DNA of 19,501 nt, taken from the UHGV virus genome UHGV-0193858; one strand, written 5' to 3'. The position numbers were made by a program, and so were the translations under genes. Shown one piece after another: positions 16,718 through 19,501 of the stretch (within the stretch, counting starts at the first letter, position 1; every line of letters begins with the position of its first letter). Below the pieces are notes generated by a model. It did not search any database, was not told the DNA's origin, and saw nothing but the letters and a program-made list of their open reading frames with translations. This stretch comes from a virus.

Positions 16718-17313
16718 CTTTTGCGCTGCGGCGATATCAGCGTGGTTATGTACCAGGTAATCCGTGTGTTGGTGTCGATAAGTTTCCTAAACCCCAGCGC
16801 GACCGCTACATAACTGATGAAGAGTACATAGCTATCTTCACTCATGCGACACCTGCAGTTAAAGCCGCGATGGAAATTGCGTATCTTTGCGCTGCAAGGG
16901 TATCTGATGTTCTTAAAATGAACTGGAATCAGATTCTTGATAAAGGAATTTTCATACAGCAAGGTAAAACTGGTATTAAACAGATCAAAGCCTGGACTGA
17001 GCGTCTTAGTGCGGCTGTGGATATTTGCAGGGAATGGGGACAGGATGGCCCTGTTATCAGGACAATGTATGGTGAGCGTTATTCATACAAGGGATTTAAT
17101 GAAGCATGGAGAAAAGCGAGAAACGCGGCTTCTGAAGAACTTGGTAGGCCACTTGATTGCACCTTCCATGATCTAAAGGCTAAAGGGATCTCAGACTATG
17201 AAGGATCTGGCAGGGATAAGCAAAAATTCAGTGGTCATAAGACAGAATCACAGGTACTTGTTTACGACAGGAAAGTTAAAATCAGCCCAACGTTGAACAA
17301 GAAAATGAGATGA
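16711..17313 (+). pseudogene. Tyrosine integrase, C-terminal catalytic domain only (about 170 N-terminal residues missing); convergent with the tRNA
   Basis: The 200-aa ORF aligns with the lambda Int catalytic half: RDRYITDEEYIAIF versus RSRLTADEYLKIY, FIQQGKTGIKQIKA versus YVEQSKTGVKIAIP, and TFHDLKAKG ... SGHKTESQVLVYDR versus TFHELRSLS ... LGHKSDTMASQYRD. No arm-binding or core-binding N-terminal domain is encoded upstream in any frame. Confidence 0.65.
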
Positions 17314-17320
17314 TTCTTTG

Positions 17321-17355
17321 GCGTCGGAGCATGCTTCGGCGCTAGAATTTTTCTC
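17321..17355 (+). terminator. Candidate intrinsic terminator after the integrase remnant
   Basis: Inverted repeat GCGTCGGAGC / GCTTCGGCGC at 17321..17342 (9-10 bp stem with two G-U pairs) followed by AATTTTTCTC. Confidence 0.45.
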
Positions 17356-17425
17356 AGTGGATTTTCTCAATTTTTCTCATCGGGATGCAGGTCACTGAAA
17401 GGGAATGCTGTAAGTGTTTGAATAG

Positions 17426-17515
17426 TGGCGGAGAGAGGGGGATTTGAACCCCCGGTAGAGTTGCCCCTACTCCGGTTTTCGAGACCGGTCCGTTCAGCCG
17501 CTCCGGCATCTCTCC
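17426..17515 (-). tRNA. serU: tRNA-Ser (anticodon CGA), class II with long variable arm
   Basis: Minus-strand sequence GGAGAGATGCCGGAGCGGCTGAACGGACCGGTCTCGAAAACCGGAGTAGGGGCAACTCTACCGGGGGTTCAAATCCCCCTCTCTCCGCCA. It has a 7-bp acceptor stem (GGAGAGA/TCTCTCC), anticodon stem CCGGT/ACCGG with loop CTCGAAA, T-arm GGGGG-TTCAAAT-CCCCC and a 3' CCA. The serU symbol is from memory of the enterobacterial tRNA-Ser(CGA). Confidence 0.9.
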
Positions 17516-17757
17516 GTTCAGATGGTTGCCATGATGCCAGGAAATTTACACACAACCTTTTCAATAAGTTAGCCATCTTCAAAACTTCATTTTCTCATGA
17601 AATTTTGACATTAGCCCTTAATGATTGGCTGGGAATGCTTTCGCCTCTGAAAGGAGTTGCGAGTGCCTTTCCAGTATCGAATGGCGCTACTTTACCAGCA
17701 TGTTTTTATAGGCTCTTCATCCAGGGGTAAGGATGAAATTTAGGTGCGCACCACTTT

Positions 17758-18150
17758 TCATATTACTGGATAATCATCATCATCCTTCCCTATCCGATTG
17801 ATAACGAATGTCACTACCCCGACAACTGTAACATCATCCAGGGCCTCACCTTCCAACGCTTCACCGTCTCGTGTAATAAATGCCCGGCCCATAATTTTTG
17901 CAAAATCAGTGCCGCCGCCGTATTGAATTAAAACGGTATCTCCTTGCTTTGGTTTTACGAAGCAATCCACTACGGCATAGCCGGTTTCTGTTTGTACTAT
18001 CCGAGTATTGGGGCCGGTACCGCAGAGTGAATCAACGGTCAGACGCCGTTCAACATAGTCAGCAGCTGGCGACGGAAATCCCACGTTATAGCCCTCCGTT
18101 TGGGTTGTATAACTGGAACGTGAGCTCATCGCCTTCCTGCGTTGAGACAT
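17758..18150 (-). CDS. UmuD-like (peptidase S24 fold) protein that appears to lack the serine-nucleophile loop
   Basis: 130 aa. NVGFPSPAADYVERR matches the UmuD cleavage-site region (QCGFPSPAADYVEQR). The C-terminal part aligns with UmuD (GDTVLIQ versus GDIVIAA, FAKIM versus TVKKL, GVVTFVI versus GVVIHVV). No GDSM/GxSM motif is present; the alignment suggests about 12 residues spanning it are absent. Confidence 0.6.
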   Translation of the reverse strand: MSQRRKAMSSRSSYTTQTEGYNVGFPSPAADYVERRLTVDSLCGTGPNTRIVQTETGYAVVDCFVKPKQGDTVLIQYGGGTDFAKIMGRAFITRDGEALEGEALDDVTVVGVVTFVINRIGKDDDDYPVI

Positions 18151-18159
18151 CCCGGAATG

Positions 18160-18318
18160 TCAGTGCTCTATCCACTGGTTAGCCTGGCGCGGTGACCATA
18201 TCCAGTTAACTTTTGCGAGTTCCCGGATAAAACCGGACGTTGTCACGGTGCGACGGCCATTAGGCTCAATGACAATTGCCTGACGCCAGGCTATTTCGAT
18301 ATCTGAGTTTCGCGGCAT
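18160..18318 (-). CDS. Small protein (52 aa), first gene of the LexA-box operon; function unknown
   Basis: ATG at 18318 is preceded by a GGAGGTG Shine-Dalgarno. The 67-aa ORF-track version starts at 18363 and would include the LexA box, so the internal ATG is the more plausible start. The stop lies 9 nt before the UmuD-like start. Confidence 0.45.
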   Translation of the reverse strand: MPRNSDIEIAWRQAIVIEPNGRRTVTTSGFIRELAKVNWIWSPRQANQWIEH

Positions 18319-18336
18319 AACTTCACCTCCCGAAAA

Positions 18337-18356
18337 TACTGTTTTTATATACAGTA
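18337..18356. promoter_or_regulatory. LexA (SOS) box, perfect CTGT-N8-ACAG palindrome
   Basis: Plus strand TACTGTTTTTATATACAGTA; reverse complement TACTGTATATAAAAACAGTA. It lies 18 nt upstream of the small-protein start codon, where it would overlap the promoter -10/start site. Confidence 0.8.
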
Positions 18357-18528
18357 GATTCATTAAGAGATCTGATCAATACAGGTTCCAGCTATCAATC
18401 AGGAACACTGAGGAGGAAACCAGTCACCTTTTAGCCTCTGATATTGGTTTCACTTATTGATTATGTTGTCTATGTGCCAACTATGAACTATCTTTTCTCA
18501 AAACCTGCTACTGCAAAATGGATATAAG

Positions 18529-18654
18529 ATGTCACAGACGGACTTGCTGATTGTTGTTTTTACTCTGGGCATTTTAGCCTTTGGCTATTCCATATGGTTC
18601 ATTTCGAACAGAATACTTTGCTCTATATTTCATAGACTTACAAAGAATATATGA
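18529..18654 (+). CDS. Possible small hydrophobic peptide (41 aa, one predicted TM helix), divergent from the LexA-box operon
   Basis: ATG at 18529 reads MSQTDLLIVVFTLGILAFGYSIWFISNRILCSIFHRLTKNI. The ribosome-binding site is weak; too short to appear in the ORF track. Speculative. Confidence 0.2.
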   Translation: MSQTDLLIVVFTLGILAFGYSIWFISNRILCSIFHRLTKNI

Positions 18655-18793
18655 ATTGGGATGGTATAGACCCAAATTCATGGTCATTGCCCCTCGACGT
18701 CGGAAGGTACTTACAGATCATCTTCGCTCTTAACCTATCACATCGGCACCTACTCCATGATGTAACAGCTCAGACCAGAAATATCTGGAAGCT

Positions 18794-19411
18794 TTAGGCA
18801 TATTCTTGGAAGATAGACGAGCGCAAAGACGCACACAGCAATGATGTTATGTAGTATTTTCCCCTTGAGTGTGCCTGCTCAAGGGGGTTTTTATCGCCGT
18901 ATTGTACTGGCAAATATTTGTAAATAGTCTTCACCCCCACGCCTGTCACATCGGCCACACGCGACTGGACAGGCGGTTAGTCCGGTATGTTTCTCGCGCT
19001 ACTACTGCTTACGTTAACGTCTGGTAATGATCTAGCGGCGCGACGTAAAGCGGCGTTGAAAGCAATTATAGTGACCGGCCGGCATTGGTACTTCACACGG
19101 TTAGAATGGCTCTGAAATAAAAAAACATCTTCTGGATAGCGTTCTCTTCTACGAGCAATGATCCCCTCCACTGGAGGGGTTGATTTAACACGTAGCTCCT
19201 TCAGGTGACCCTGTTTTCGTATCAGTATCAAGTCACCATCAATATCATCATATCGAATACTCAGCAGCCTTCCAGCGCTTAAACCCGTGTGAAAAATTAA
19301 CGCCCACAAATCAGCCCATGTATCTGAGATGGAAACAAGATTGCTGTTAATAGTTAAAAATTGCTCAAAACTTATTGTTTTCTTACCGTTCACGAACAAA
19401 CCAAACTGTTT
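18794..19411 (-). pseudogene. Recombinase-like gene remnant: tyrosine-recombinase-like N-terminal part, in-frame TAA, then a Hin-like HTH segment; no ATG start
   Basis: ORF 18977..19399 (TTG start) has the pattern HTGLSAGRLLSIRYDDIDGDLILIRKQG ... DVFLFQSHSNRVKYQCRPVTIIAFNAALRRAA, like a tyrosine recombinase core but with the expected Arg and His-x-x-Arg positions altered. After TAA at 18977..18979 the same frame stays open for 60 codons (PPVQSRVADVTGVGVKTIYKYLP...). Confidence 0.4.
18861..18892 (+). terminator. Candidate intrinsic terminator (plus strand)
   Basis: Perfect 9-bp stem CCCCTTGAG / CTCAAGGGG with an 8-nt loop, followed by GTTTTT. Confidence 0.5.
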
Positions 19412-19501
19412 TCAAAGCTGAATGAATTGATTAAGCCAAACGTAACATATCAGGAAAAGTAGTGAAATCTTTGCCTTCAAGTCGCCGGGAGGTACTTGTA
19501 G

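Noticed and set aside
16443-16760. Plus-strand ORF (105 aa) as a possible integrase N-terminal domain
   Set aside because: The sequence has no resemblance to integrase arm-binding or core-binding domains and is antisense to a longer, more gene-like ORF.
1-17425. Second copy of the tRNA 3' end (the other att site) expected within the window
   Set aside because: I did not see a duplicate of the tRNA 3' segment by eye; the other prophage boundary probably lies beyond the window start. A computed search for the ~20-nt tRNA 3' end would settle this.

Overview
The window is a decayed, mosaic prophage integrated next to a tRNA-Ser(CGA) gene (17426..17515, minus strand), plus about 2 kb of flanking DNA carrying a LexA-box operon. 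All calls come from reading the ORF translations and the sequence by eye; no database search or computation was run, so family assignments are from remembered motifs and gene order. Right to left on the minus strand, the prophage carries a lambda-like packaging and head module: a repeat array upstream of the small terminase (candidate cosB), terminase small and large subunits, a gpW-like connector, portal, S49 prohead protease, an Nu3-like scaffold with a long acidic insert, and a gpD-like decoration protein. This runs directly into a Mu-like baseplate module (hub, spike V, gp46-like, J-like, DUF2313), then a glycine-rich tail fibre broken by a frameshift. No major capsid, sheath, tube or tape-measure gene is present, and the integrase beside the tRNA lacks its N-terminal half, so the element looks defective. 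The tail-fibre end holds an AT-rich cassette on the opposite strand (small HTH protein plus family-3 acyltransferase) beside a 687-aa tailspike-like protein with an SGNH/SASA-type esterase motif. Outside the prophage, beyond the tRNA, a perfect LexA box precedes a two-gene operon: a 52-aa protein and a UmuD-like protein that appears to lack the serine-nucleophile loop, with no UmuC partner. I consider that operon and the esterase/acetyltransferase pairing the most interesting candidates; neither can be shown to be undescribed from sequence alone.
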